Source: Dipteris shenzhenensis (lineage: Eukaryota). From it: a stretch of 64,000 nucleotides of DNA. Under the pieces are notes generated by a model, which searched no databases, had not been told where the DNA came from, and saw nothing but the letters and a program-made list of their open reading frames with translations. Shown here in pieces: positions 12,543 to 24,149 of this stretch (position 1 is its first letter; every line of letters begins with the position of its first letter). Made by a program: the position numbers and the translations under genes. The stretch lies in assembly GCA_047967505.1 (NCBI GenBank), contig CM106538.1; one strand, 5' to 3'.

Positions 12543-15500
12543 TGTTGAGAGTTGTGGTGCCATGAGCACTTGTAGAGCAAAGGTATGAGCAAAGGGTAAG
12601 CTGCCACATGGCATGGAGGACATATCCCACATGTGAGCAAGCAAATGGATGTAAGTACCCTCACCTATAAAAGGGAGGTTCATTTGAAGTAATTCAATCA
12701 AGCACTTTGCACTATCTCAAGATTCTCTTTATGAGTCCAAGCTAATCTATCTTGGAACCTAATTGACTTGAGATACATGTCATGAGCACTCTCTTCATCA
12801 TGTTTCCACATAGGTTCCATCCACCTTAGAGTGCTCCACAGATCCTGAGGCACACATGTTTTGTCATGGTATCAGAGCTTAGGTCTAGTCTCTTAGATTA
12901 GTTGTAGGCATGTCTTAGGAGCTCATGTTTTTTCTCTTAGGTTAGTTTTAGTTTTAGAAGGAGAGTTCTTATGAAATTTCCTTCTTCCCATTCTGAAAGA
13001 GAGCCATTCCTTCATAATCTTCTGTGAGAGAGAAAGAGAGAGTTCTTTGTGTGCTTTTCATTGAGAGAGAGATTTTGCTCTCATATCCTCTTCTAAGAGA
13101 GAGGTATTCAGCCTGAGAGAAAGATATGGACTCTACAACTCAAGCTAGCCTTGCATAGACAAAGCCTCAACAACGAGCAGCGATGACCTCTGAAGTGAAG
13201 CCTCACCCACACTCCACGGTAGACTTCATAAAGCTCCCTTGACTCGGCTAGACTGCTCACCAGCCAGTCTCCAAACAGTGTGGGCTGCCACAAAGTCTTC
13301 CAAGCTCTTGCACACCGATCAAACGACGCCTTCCAGTGCAAGCTCTCAACGCGATTCGATTGCAATGACTCTAAGCCTTCACCGTGCCAATGCGTGACTC
13401 AACCAGCAGCAGCGCTAGTAGGACTTCAGGCACAACGACGCCTTTGCTCCAGACGCTTTGCTCCAGACGCTGCAAATCGGAGAAGATAGAACGTCGTCCG
13501 GCTCTCAGCCACAATGGCCAAGCTCATCCAAGGCGCATGCAGAACCGCTAGAGACGGCTCCTCATAGTGGCGGCTCTTCACCTTAGCACTCAGGCTCGAC
13601 AGACCACTTGATAGCCTACTCCATACGGCCTACGACACAGCAATCAACTATTGATAACAACGACCATGCTCCAAGAGCCACAGCCTCCTTCAAACTCCTA
13701 CAGCAGCAACCAGGCTCTCACAGTAGCAACAAGCGACCTCCTAACGGATCACAAGATGTGCCAAAGCTCCTAGGCCAGCCACGAGCTCACGGAGCACTTT
13801 CGTCTCCGCAACAACGCATCTACAGCTCCATGACCGTCGACCCAGCAAGCCTTGCCTAGCTATACAGCTGCGGGAAATCAAAAACCGAGCTACGTAGCAA
13901 ATCTCCACATCGTAGCTCGTCTCTTCTCCAATCAGCAGGCCGCATCATCGTCGTCGCAGCTGGTCGACAGAAGCTCCGTCGTCGCCATTGTTTCTTCTCT
14001 AAGGTTCACAAAAGAGACACGTGGCAGATAGCATCTAACCAAGGTTAGGTAAGTTTAACCCGTGGTTCAGAGGCTAGGTCACCTTCTGGCCACGTGGCAG
14101 ATAAGGTGGTCAAAGCTAACTGTGGTTAGTTTCAAGTGCCTGGGTTAGTTCAACCATGGTAAGATGTGTGTAAACCTTGGGTTCACCAAGTGGGTTTAAA
14201 GGATGCCACATGGCACAGTGCCACCTAGGCACAGAGGCCCTTGTTAAGCATAGTATGGAATTCAGCATGTGAATCCCTGTGCCACATCATCAAAGGCTCT
14301 CTTCTTCATAGAATCTTTGACAAGCCATAACTTGCAATCCAGGAAGAATTTGGACATGCTCCAAAAAGGAAAAGTGATCGTCTTTTTAAGCTCTACGCAC
14401 CTGTCAACTCAGATTTTCTGTATGCAACTAGACACTGCCAGATTTGAAAGTATCATCAAATTGGTAAGACCTTTGCAATGGCAATCCGCACTCCAACTGT
14501 TGAGAAGTTCACCGGGGATGGATTTCACACATGGTCTACACAAATGAGATATCTTCTGATGCACCAAAAGCTTTGGAAGATTGTAAAAGAAGATATACCC
14601 ACTGCACAAAATGATGCTTGGAAGGAAAAAGATGAAGCAGCACTATCACTCATTGGATTGCACTTGGGTCCAAACATAATTCATCATATAGACTCTAAGG
14701 ATCATGCCAAGGATGCATGGGATGAGTTGAACACAGTGTTTGGTGCAAAAGCCAAAAACCAAGAAATCCATCTTAAAATTGAATTCTATGGTATGCACAT
14801 GGGCTTCAATGAATCCATGGCACAATTTGTCAACAAAATCAAAAGCATTATGACTCAACTAGAGGGCATAAATGCAAAAGTAGGAGAGAAAGATGCACTT
14901 GCAATTCTCCTTAAAAGCATGCCTGCAGAGTATAGTGCATTGACAACCACTTTGAAGAATTTGCCAGATCCAAAGTTTGAAGAATGTGTATCCTCTCTTC
15001 TCGAAAAAGAAAGAGAGTTAAAGGCATCGACATCGACATCGACATCGACATCAACATACAACAGCTATAATGAAGAACAAGCACTATTCAGTAAAACATC
15101 AGTGAAATGCTACCATTGCGGAAGGATGGGTCACTATCAAAGTGACTGCAGATTGAAGAACAAACCAAAGTGTCACCATTGCAAGAAGCTCGGACACAAG
15201 GAAGAAGATTGCAGATTGAAGAATCAACAAGTCAACTATGCGGAGTCATCATCAAGCCATGAGCCAAAAGGTGACATCAATGGAATGTATTGAAAAGCAA
15301 AAACCTTGCCTACCTTGCCTATTATGTTTTGTAATCAAACCTGACCACCTGAGAGTAGCTATGAAAGCACCCAGAGGAGGTATTGACATGTAGAAGCCAC
15401 ACTTGACCACCTTAAGTAGCAATGCATGCACTAAGGGGAGGTGATGGATTTGTAACTCACATCTGACCACCTTGCAGTAGCCAAAGGATTATGGCACCAA

Positions 15501-15831
15501 GGGGAGGTGTTGAGAGTTGTGGTGCCATGAGCACTTGTAGAGCAAAGGTATGAGCAAAGGGTAAGCTGCCACATGGCATGGAGGACATATCCCACATGTG
15601 AGCAAGCAAATGGATGTAAGTACCCTCACCTATAAAAGGGAGGTTCATTTGAAGTAATTCAATCAAGCACTTTGCACTATCTCAAGATTCTCTTTATGAG
15701 TCCAAGCTAATCTATCTTGGAACCTAATTGACTTGAGATACATGTCATGAGCACTCTCTTCATCATGTTTCCACATAGGTTCCATCCACCTTAGAGTGCT
15801 CCACAGATCCTGAGGCACACATGTTTTGTCA
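12543..15831 (+). mobile_element. Very young gag-only (TR-GAG-like) non-autonomous LTR retrotransposon; LTRs 12543-12866 and 15508-15831
   Basis: Two 324-bp LTRs (TGTTGAGAG..TTTTGTCA) with no difference found by eye; perfect 5-bp TSD AAGGT; PBS TGGTATCAGAGC at 12867; PPT AAGGGGAGG before 15508; a single gag ORF and no pol. Confidence 0.96.
14478..15293 (+). CDS. gag: Intact copia-type Gag, 271 aa, with two CCHC zinc knuckles
   Basis: Uninterrupted ORF: EKFTGDGFHTWSTQMRYLL..AKDAWDEL..ILLKSMPAEY..CYHCGRMGHYQSDC..CHHCKKLGHKEEDC. Confidence 0.92.
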   Translation: MAIRTPTVEKFTGDGFHTWSTQMRYLLMHQKLWKIVKEDIPTAQNDAWKEKDEAALSLIGLHLGPNIIHHIDSKDHAKDAWDELNTVFGAKAKNQEIHLKIEFYGMHMGFNESMAQFVNKIKSIMTQLEGINAKVGEKDALAILLKSMPAEYSALTTTLKNLPDPKFEECVSSLLEKERELKASTSTSTSTSTYNSYNEEQALFSKTSVKCYHCGRMGHYQSDCRLKNKPKCHHCKKLGHKEEDCRLKNQQVNYAESSSSHEPKGDINGMY

Positions 15832-16735
15832 AAGGTTTACCTCATACACTAGAAAAATTCCAACAATGCCCCCTTAAATCAAGTAGGCCGAGAGAAACAA
15901 CAAAAACAATGCACCCATCCACATAGGATCATACTGCAAAATACATTTAGAAAAATCACAATGCCATCACCACATAGGGTCTAAAACTACACTAAGTTTT
16001 AAAATCAATTGAAGAACTTCGAAAGCAAAGTCATCCTGGATTTCTATCATCGGTGTGTTTGTTTGAACCAATCTAGCAAAGTTATCCACCCTCTATGAAT
16101 CTTCCATAATGCATGCCTTCATATTTGAACCCTTGTCTTCATATTTGAATCCTTGCCTTGTGTGTTGTATTCTCTTTTACCACATAGGTCTCTCCATCGG
16201 GTAGGAACACTTCAGGTCTCTTCTCTTTTACCACTTCAGGCTTTCCTTTCTCTTTTACCACATAGGTCTCTCCATCGGGTAGGAACACTTCAGGCCTCTT
16301 CTCCTCGCTTATTAACATTGACACAACATCATAATAGGAGGAGGTGTATGAAAATAGGAGCTCTTTGGAGCCTCATTTTCATCTACTTGCACATATTAAA
16401 AAGGGCCTCCAACATAACCCCCCCTCCCCCGACTGGCACCACAAAAACATGGATTTGTGGGGAAAGGGAGGATGGGAGTCATCCCTGTCCCCCCCCCACC
16501 CTAACACACACACACGAAAAATGAACCCACACCTCCACCATAAAACCCACACCCCCAGTATACAACCCCCCACCATAAAACCTACCCCACACTCCACATG
16601 ACTTAGTGTGAAGGAGGGGGGGGGTGGGCGGGGGGGGTTGGGGGGGCGGGGGGAAGGGTCTCTTCAGAGCCCCTTTTCAATCTGCAGTAGCACAAATGAA
16701 AAAGGATCTCTCTTTAGCCTAAAATTTTATCCCAC

Positions 16736-17245
16736 TGCCAATCTCATACCATGACCTGAAACATATAAAGGAATCCTAAACTCACATGTGCATTCTTCTA
16801 TGTAGTGATCACTGTCTCCGCTGTGTAGAGATCATATGGAATTGTGTCAATCTCTGAGATCATCAGACTCACATGTGGAATGGAATAGGACACCACTCTC
16901 CTATGATCACTGGAATACCCCTCCTAGAATAGTAGGGTGAACATTTGTACAAGTGGAGAATGGCAGTGGTGCCAATCTCTTATTAGGCCCTAAGAAATGG
17001 CATTGAGAAGCCTAAACTCACATGTGCATTCTTCTATGTAGTGATCACTGTCTCCGCTGTGCAGAGATCATATGGAATTGTGTCAATCTTTGTGGAGAAT
17101 GCCACCAGTGGAGAATGGCAGTGGTGCCAATCTCATACCATGACCTGAAAACATGCACAAGGAATCCTAAACTCACATGTGCATTCTTTTATGTAGTGAT
17201 CACTGTCTCCGCTGTGTAGAGATCATATGGAATTGTGTCAATCTA
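16736..17245. repeat. Three ~120-bp direct repeats containing the GGAGAATGGCAGTGGTGCCAATCTC motif
   Basis: Unit ..TGCCAATCTC..CCTAAACTCACATGTGCATTCTT.TATGTAGTGATCACTGTCTCCGCTGTG.AGAGATCATATGGAATTGTGTCAATCT starts at ~16736, ~16968 and ~17123. Confidence 0.85.
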
Positions 17246-20200
17246 TTGGTCAAATGGCCGAGCAAGGCTTGCAGGTTAGATTTAATCCCCATGGATGCTT
17301 TGTTAAGGATATGAAAAATAAAGGTCGCTTACTAACAAAAGGGAAGAAGAAGGGTAGGATGTTTACATTGGATGTAGACATGCCTGAATTGAGTGCGGCA
17401 ATGTTTGTGCACGGGACCGATGTAGTTGCAGATATTGATATCTGACATAAACGCATTGGTCATGTTAATGTACAGCGACTTAAATTAATGCAATCCTAAA
17501 ATATTGTTGCAGGATTGCCTAAGTTCAAGGTTGCAGAAATGCATAAGCTATGTGAAGCCTGTCAATTTGGGAAACAGGCAAGGAAACCATTTCCTAGACA
17601 TGTTCATGAGAGTAAGAGGCCATTGGAATTAATCCACTCTGACGTGTAGACTACTAAAGCTGCATCTACTGGAGGCTATCATTATTTTATCACTTTTATT
17701 GATGACTACAACAGAAAAGTTTGGTGTATTTTATGAAAAAGAAAAGTGAAGTGTTTGGGCATTTCAAAGCTTTTAAAGCTATGGTTGAAAAAGAAACAGG
17801 CCCGCAAATAAAATGCCTAAGGTCAGATGGAGGGGGAGTGTACCTCTCAAATGAGTTTGCAAGTTTTCTGCAGGAGCATGGCATAAAGCAGCAATATTCA
17901 TGCAGTCATACCCCATAGCAAAATGGACTCGTAGAAAGGAAAAACAGGCATATTGGAGAGGTATCTCATGCCATGCTCAACGAAAAAGTCCTACCAAATT
18001 ATTATTAGGCTAAAGCAATTGCTATAATAGTCTACATAATGAACAAGACTCCCACTGCAGCAATACATGGCATGACACCAGAGGAGAGGTATATTGGTAG
18101 GAGACCAGATATTTCTCATTTGAAAGTTTTTGGTTGCATTGCCTATGTTCATGTGCCAGATGAGTTGAGATCCAAGTTGGATCCAAAAGCTGAGAAGTGC
18201 ATCTTTATTGGTTATTCTCTATAGTAGAAAGGGTATAGATGCTATAACCCTTCTACTTGTAAGTTTACAAGGAGCAAAGATGTTTTTTCTAATTAGATGG
18301 CAGCTGGTATAAACCAGTAAATGTGATTGATGATGTAGATGCAAAAAATGGTAATGCTGCATAGAATTCACAACAGCAGTCACAAAATATTAGTGGACCT
18401 GTAGTGTCCTCTAGCAGTGCTTTACATACTTTGCCATGGACAGCAGGTAGATTGAGATCAAGAGGATCTCTTCAAAGCAATGCAGATAGTGGTATGCAAG
18501 TATCACCAAAAGGAAAAGAGAAAGTAGATCAGCCCATGGTTGATGTGAATGTAGCTCATTCTTATGTGGATGGTGAATCCAGTGGCTTAGAACAGAGCCT
18601 TGATGATGAGTTGGGTATTCCTTTATTGTTATACCTAGAGTAAGGAAGACAAGGGATGTTTTGAGAGCACCTGGTAGTGAGCCTATTTTGCACAAGTCTA
18701 CTAGAGCTAGGTATCCTATGGATAGGCTAAAATATGATGGATTTACAGCCATTCACTATGCCTATATGGTCAAAGTGATACATGAACCAGAACCCACTTC
18801 TTTTGAGCAAGCCATGGGAAAAGAAAAATGGGAGAAAGCCATGGATGAAGAAATGGATGCCTTGGAAGCAAATGCAACATGGGAATCGGTGCCTTTTCCT
18901 AAAGACAAGAATGCAATTGGCTGCAAGTGGGTTTATAAGGTGAACCACAATGCAGATGGTTTTGTGAATCGATACAAGGCAAGATTAGTTGTCAAGGGGT
19001 ATGCACAGATATATGGCATTGATTATGAAGAAACATTCAGTCCGGTTGCAAGGATGGCAACTGTAAGAGCAGTCATTGCTATGGTTGCATCAAAGGGATG
19101 GTCTCTGCATCAGGTGGATGTAAAGAATGCTTTCTTGCATGGTGATTTGCAAGAAGAGGTCTATATGGAGTAGCCACTAGGTTATGTTCATGCTATTCAT
19201 ATTGAGTTTGTTTGTAGGTTGAAGAAAGCCTTGTATGGCTTGAAGCAAGCACCCAGAGCATGGTCTGACAAGATAGGACAGTATCTTGTCACTATTGGCT
19301 TTCAGATTTCCAAGGCAGATTTCTCACTCTATGTGAGAAAAAAAGGCATTATGCTGCTTGTCATTTCTGTTGATGATTCGATCATCACAAGTGATAGTGA
19401 TGAAGATATCCTTCATGTGAAAATGCTATTGAAGCAAAAGTTTGAGATGAAGGATTTGGGAGAGTTGCATTACTTCTTGGGCATTGAGGTGATTAGATCC
19501 ACAAGTGGGATATGGCTCTTGTAGAGGCAGTATGGATTGGACATGCTGTCCAAATATGGGATAACAAGCTGTAAGCCTATTTCAGTTCCTTTGGAGCAGA
19601 ATGTGAAGTTGAGCATGGATGCAGGTGAGCTTCTCGAAGACCCTACTATGTACAAATGCATCGTAAGAAGTTTGATTTATATGACTATTACCATGCCAGA
19701 TTTGAGCTATGCTATTGGGTTTGTAAGTCAGTTTATGCAGGCTCTAAGGAAAACCCATTCGGATGTAGCTAGACGTATACTGAGGTATGTGAAGTCCAGA
19801 TTGCAGTATGGACTATTTTATGAGACCGGGGTTCAGATACAATTGCATGGATACACTAATGTTGATTGGGCTAGTAGTATTTCTGATAGATGATCTACAA
19901 GTGGATATATGTTCTCTTTTGGGAGTGCTGCAGTCACTTGGAGCAGCAAGAAAATGCCTACAGTTGCCTTGTTGAGCACAGAGGCTGAGTATAGGGGTGC
20001 AGCAATGGATGCATGTGAGGTAGCATGGTTGCATAAGCTACTTTATGATATGCATCAGTCTATAGATGCACCAGTTGTCATTTATTGTGACAACATGAGC
20101 AATATACACTTGGCAAATAACCCAACCTATCATGCTAGAATAAAGCACATTGAGGTGCATTATCACTATGTGTGTGAGAAGGTTCTAGTAGGTTCTATTG

Positions 20201-20328
20201 ATCTAGTTTATGTCAGCACAGAGGATTAAGTAGCTGACATATTCATGAAGGCATTGGGCGCAACGAAGCTGCGCAAGTTCAAAGACCTACTTGGTGTGTA
20301 GGAATTGGGATTGAGCTCGAGGGGGAGT
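17243..20328 (+). mobile_element. Decayed Ty1/copia pol fragment (GAG-pre-integrase, integrase, RT, RNase H) without LTRs
   Basis: [83 protein letters not shown]. Many stops. Ends at PPT GAGGGGGAG (~20319-20327). Confidence 0.92.
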
Positions 20329-21299
20329 CCAAGAAGAGAATAACTCTTTATCAATTTTTGCAATGTTAACAACCATAATATAGTTTCTAAATTCAACAAG
20401 TTACAAGGTAGTTCAATTCTTAGTTCTCATTGCTGACAGATACATTTCTGTAAGTGTGCATGATAGGGTCGAGAGTACTATATCTCTAATCATAAGTCTC
20501 CCAAGTGTATCCTTCAAGGTTGCCAACATCCTTTTTTCAATACCATGCCCAAGACTCTACTTGCAAATCCGATGGAGAGGTGTGTCAGCTCACCTGCATC
20601 CATCCACAAGCATAGCATGTTAGAACAATGCACTGTGGGATATAAGCTTTAGTGCCAGCACACAGTTGTTATCCTGTCACTCTATCTACACTAGCAATAT
20701 CAAATCTTGGCATTCTAGTATTCGAAAAAGATCAAAGGTTGGCTTTTAAAGAGTTAAATAAATGCATATAAAATGTTAAAGTAATTCTCAAGGGAATATA
20801 TGGAATAATCACAAGCCCTGTTGTCCTTTATTTTCAATTCTTATCCAATCATAATGTTGAATCATCTTAGACCTGCAAACAAGAACCCTAAAAAAATGAT
20901 GCATAGAAACCTGCATATAGAACACAAGGGTAAAATCTGTCTTGACTTAGCTCATACCCAAGACAATTCCATGTTTCACTTACCAATCATATCCATGAAG
21001 TTCTAAAGGGAACCCAAAGAAATCTTCGAGGAACCCATACTTCAAAGATTGGCTCCTATATTTCTTCAAAGTGTAAGAAATTTTTTTATCAAATGCTCTA
21101 AGAGAATTTTCTTGGAAAAAATATGAAGTGTATGTTATTATTTTATCAAAGGGAAAAATCTTTACTCTCCTTGAGTTCTTTGCCAATAACTCTCTAGGGA
21201 ATCTCCATATATTAATAAACATAAGCAATGAAAGGTATATATACAGACTTATAACAAAAGGAGGTGAATTATTAAACCACATTTATGGGGAAAACATCT

Positions 21300-23050
21300 T
21301 ATAAAGGGAAGATAGAATATGGCCGAGACCCTCTATGGCATTAAGATCTTCTCTTGCTAAAGAGAAAATGCAACTACCATCTCTAATCTCATAAATTACT
21401 TCAGCAACCATATCTTCATGCTACCATAAAGGCTATAGATCAAGTAAAGAAGGAAATATTTTTGCTAAGGGTTTGGACATGGCCGTGGATGCACATTTTT
21501 TGAATGTGTCCATCAGATGAGGTAAACTGAATGTTTGTCCCACTTGCAAACTCTCAGAGAGCCTACTAAACATTGCATCAATGTCCTTGTGTGTGACCTA
21601 CCATCAAGAAGCCCAATTGAATTGTCTTGAAAATGCCCCTTGCTACAAGAAGAGAAAAATATGCAAACAAGTATCTGTTTTTGTTCTCAGACCCACAATT
21701 ATCTAGCTGGAGTAGCAAGTTGTCAAGAAACTTTTGGTTTGTTGTCTCAACAACAAAACTTCCATCTAAAGAGGGTGGGTTTTTGTGAATAGCTGATGAC
21801 AACAATTTCCTACATGTGTCTCCCTCATAATGGAAGTTGTCTCTGAGGTCATGCATATCCATCCTCTCTAGGTTGCGCAAACAATTTGAGAGTGATCCAA
21901 TTGTTAGGCAGGTTGGGATCAGATGGGCACAAACTATTGAGGGTGAAGTGTCCATAATGACTGTGTCCATGCCCATGGGTAATCATTCCAATGATTGAAA
22001 CCTATAATTGCCATGTGGAATTGGTCCTTGGACTCACCTGAATTCTTGGAATTGCCATCTTTTTTTGGTCCATCTTATCATGGATTATGCATAGATAACT
22101 TTTTGGATCCATCTCAGAGTACCTACGCCATGCATAGTACAAGATCCTCCAACTTTGTTGCTATATCATATGCATCTTTCTCTCCTCCATGAATGAATTG
22201 CACTCATCTTGACTTTTTGTGGTTGCCAATTGAGCCTTGATTTGACTGCACAAGCTACATCTAGAGAATTCACTTGTCTTAGTAAGGGCTACATTTTTTA
22301 AGTCTGATTTCCAAATCCTTCCAAATGTGGATGTGGATAGGCTCTAATAACCAGGTTGATTAAGCGAAGTGTTGACCTCATGCATGATGTCTATCTTCTT
22401 TTACACTTTAGGTATCACTTATGTGTCTCTATAGAGCTATCTTGCATGGTTCTACTCTTGTGAGGCATATGCTCTATGCAATTATCCAAAAACTATTGAA
22501 TGAGAGCCCTCAATATAGCTTTGTGGACCTTGCTTCTCCTCACAATTCTGGAATTCCCATGCACATATCATTGCACATCACTCTTAAATTGTGCCCTATA
22601 TCGATAAAATGATGTCCTTAGGATTCCACGCATCTCATATCATGCTCTACAACACACATCATGACTGTTTACCTTGAAGTTCTAGCATATCCTCCTAGCA
22701 AAGTCATGATGCCAAGCCGTTGACAACACATCGTATATAAAGTCTATACGAGACTCCAAGGAGCTGCCCCAAAAATTATTCCTTACAGACATTAAGAGTT
22801 CTCGCTCAGCATGCTGGCAGCACCTACTACCACAACAATCGACGGACAAAACTTGTTGCACTGACTCTAGTGACATTTTGTACATTATCAAAGTTAATAG
22901 AGTTGCCTAGGACTATCATCCCACAAGACAACCTTTTTCTCTTTCCAAGATTCACGAATGCAATTGTCAGTTTCCAATGAAGAAACTGGTATTGCCTAAA
23001 CATAAGGTTGTTTAGGCTCACTTGGTGTGGCTTCTTGAGTTACAGGATCA
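21300..23050 (-). pseudogene. Decayed Sola-like (DUF7869-type) DDD transposase
   Basis: Minus-strand pieces: DCCGSRCCQH..RNNFW (Cys-rich N-terminus), YLCIIHDKMDQKK.AIP, GMITHGHG, LLLQLDNCGSENKNRYLFAYFSLLV..FLMVGHT..IDAMFSR. The family name is recalled from motif similarity, not from a search. Confidence 0.7.
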
Positions 23051-23415
23051 TCTAAAGAATCACCAACATGTTTAAGAGAGGTCTTAGGCCACTTGAAAAT
23101 GCTCCAAAGTGCCTCACCTATAAGCACTACATCCATAGTGAGAAATGGCAAGAGCATGTCAATATTGATAGACCTCCACTATCACTGATACATTTTTTGC
23201 CCCAATCTTCACACCACTACAGTAGCCCTCTGGATCTATTACACACACTGCACCAATTATAACCACTTCACTCCCCCACCATCATCATGACCTTGTCCCC
23301 ACATCTGGTAGCCATCCCCTGCCATTATGATTACAAGAAATGAAATTTTAAAAAAATTACAACCAAATAATTTCATAAGACCAACAAAGCTTTATGCTAA
23401 TCTGTACTTGCAATG

Positions 23416-23863
23416 GGAGAATGGCACTAGTGCAATTCTACATGTGGGATTGTGGAGAATGGAACTGGTGCCATTCTCCATGTGAGCCTAGATTTATAGA
23501 GAATGGCACTGGTGACAATCTCCATTGTGGGTTTTTGGAGAATGGCACTGGTGCCAATCTCCAGAATCCATGAATGGGTCTAATCAAAATTTCCATGAAA
23601 GCATGAATTATTTCCCTAAAAATTTTAGCAATTTGATAAAAATTTCTCTAAATTCCAAACATAGAGATTGGCACCAGTGCCATTCTCCACAATCCCACAT
23701 GGGGAATGGCACTAGTGCCAATTTCCATGTGAGTCTATAAAATTTTAAATTTCCCCATGCAAAATGGCTTTGGGTTTGTGGTGGTGCCAATCTCCATAAA
23801 CCAATGTGAAGAGTGGTAAAAATTTGCTAGACCCACATGGAGATTTGCACCAGTGCCTTCTCC
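23416..23863. repeat. Cluster of ~8 imperfect 26-bp palindromes GGAGAATGGCACTGGTGCCAATCTCC in both orientations
   Basis: Copies start at about 23416, 23454, 23498, 23537, 23663 (reverse), 23701, 23782 (partial) and 23839 (reverse). Confidence 0.88.
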
Positions 23864-24149
23864 CCCTCCTCAACCTCCTCCTTCCTCCCTTAATCATCCT
23901 TCTCAACCCTTTACCCCTTGAAGTCGCGAAGGAGACAAGCTCTCCACTGTTCAACCCTAGACTCCTCTTGGACCTTGTAACCCTCTTTGAACCATGGAAC
24001 TCCTAGTTAGCTCTCTCAACCTTATCCCCCTTTTGAACCCTACAACCCCTATCTAAACCCTTGTACTCCCATGGAGGCCAGAGCCTCCACCCATCGTTGT
24101 GAAAAAATATTTCCAAGTGGTACAAAAGGATGAGATTTACCACATCCTA

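Larger units (their letters stand above)
11861..15875 (-). mobile_element. Probable older minus-strand 3' LTR (~710 bp net) with PPT, interrupted by the 12543-15831 element
   Basis: On the minus strand, AAGGGGG is followed by TGTTGG at 15865; the putative end ..GTTGGG..TTTAACA is at 11861. No partner LTR in the window. Confidence 0.4.

Noticed and set aside
16139-16324. ORF with duplicated RPEVFLPDGETYVVKE
   Set aside because: Reflects a ~45-bp tandem duplication in TE-internal DNA; no domain evidence.
23416-23863. CRISPR-like array of palindromic repeats
   Set aside because: Spacers are short (12-18 nt) and themselves repeated or inverted, repeats occur in both orientations, there are no cas genes, and the context is eukaryotic TE sequence.
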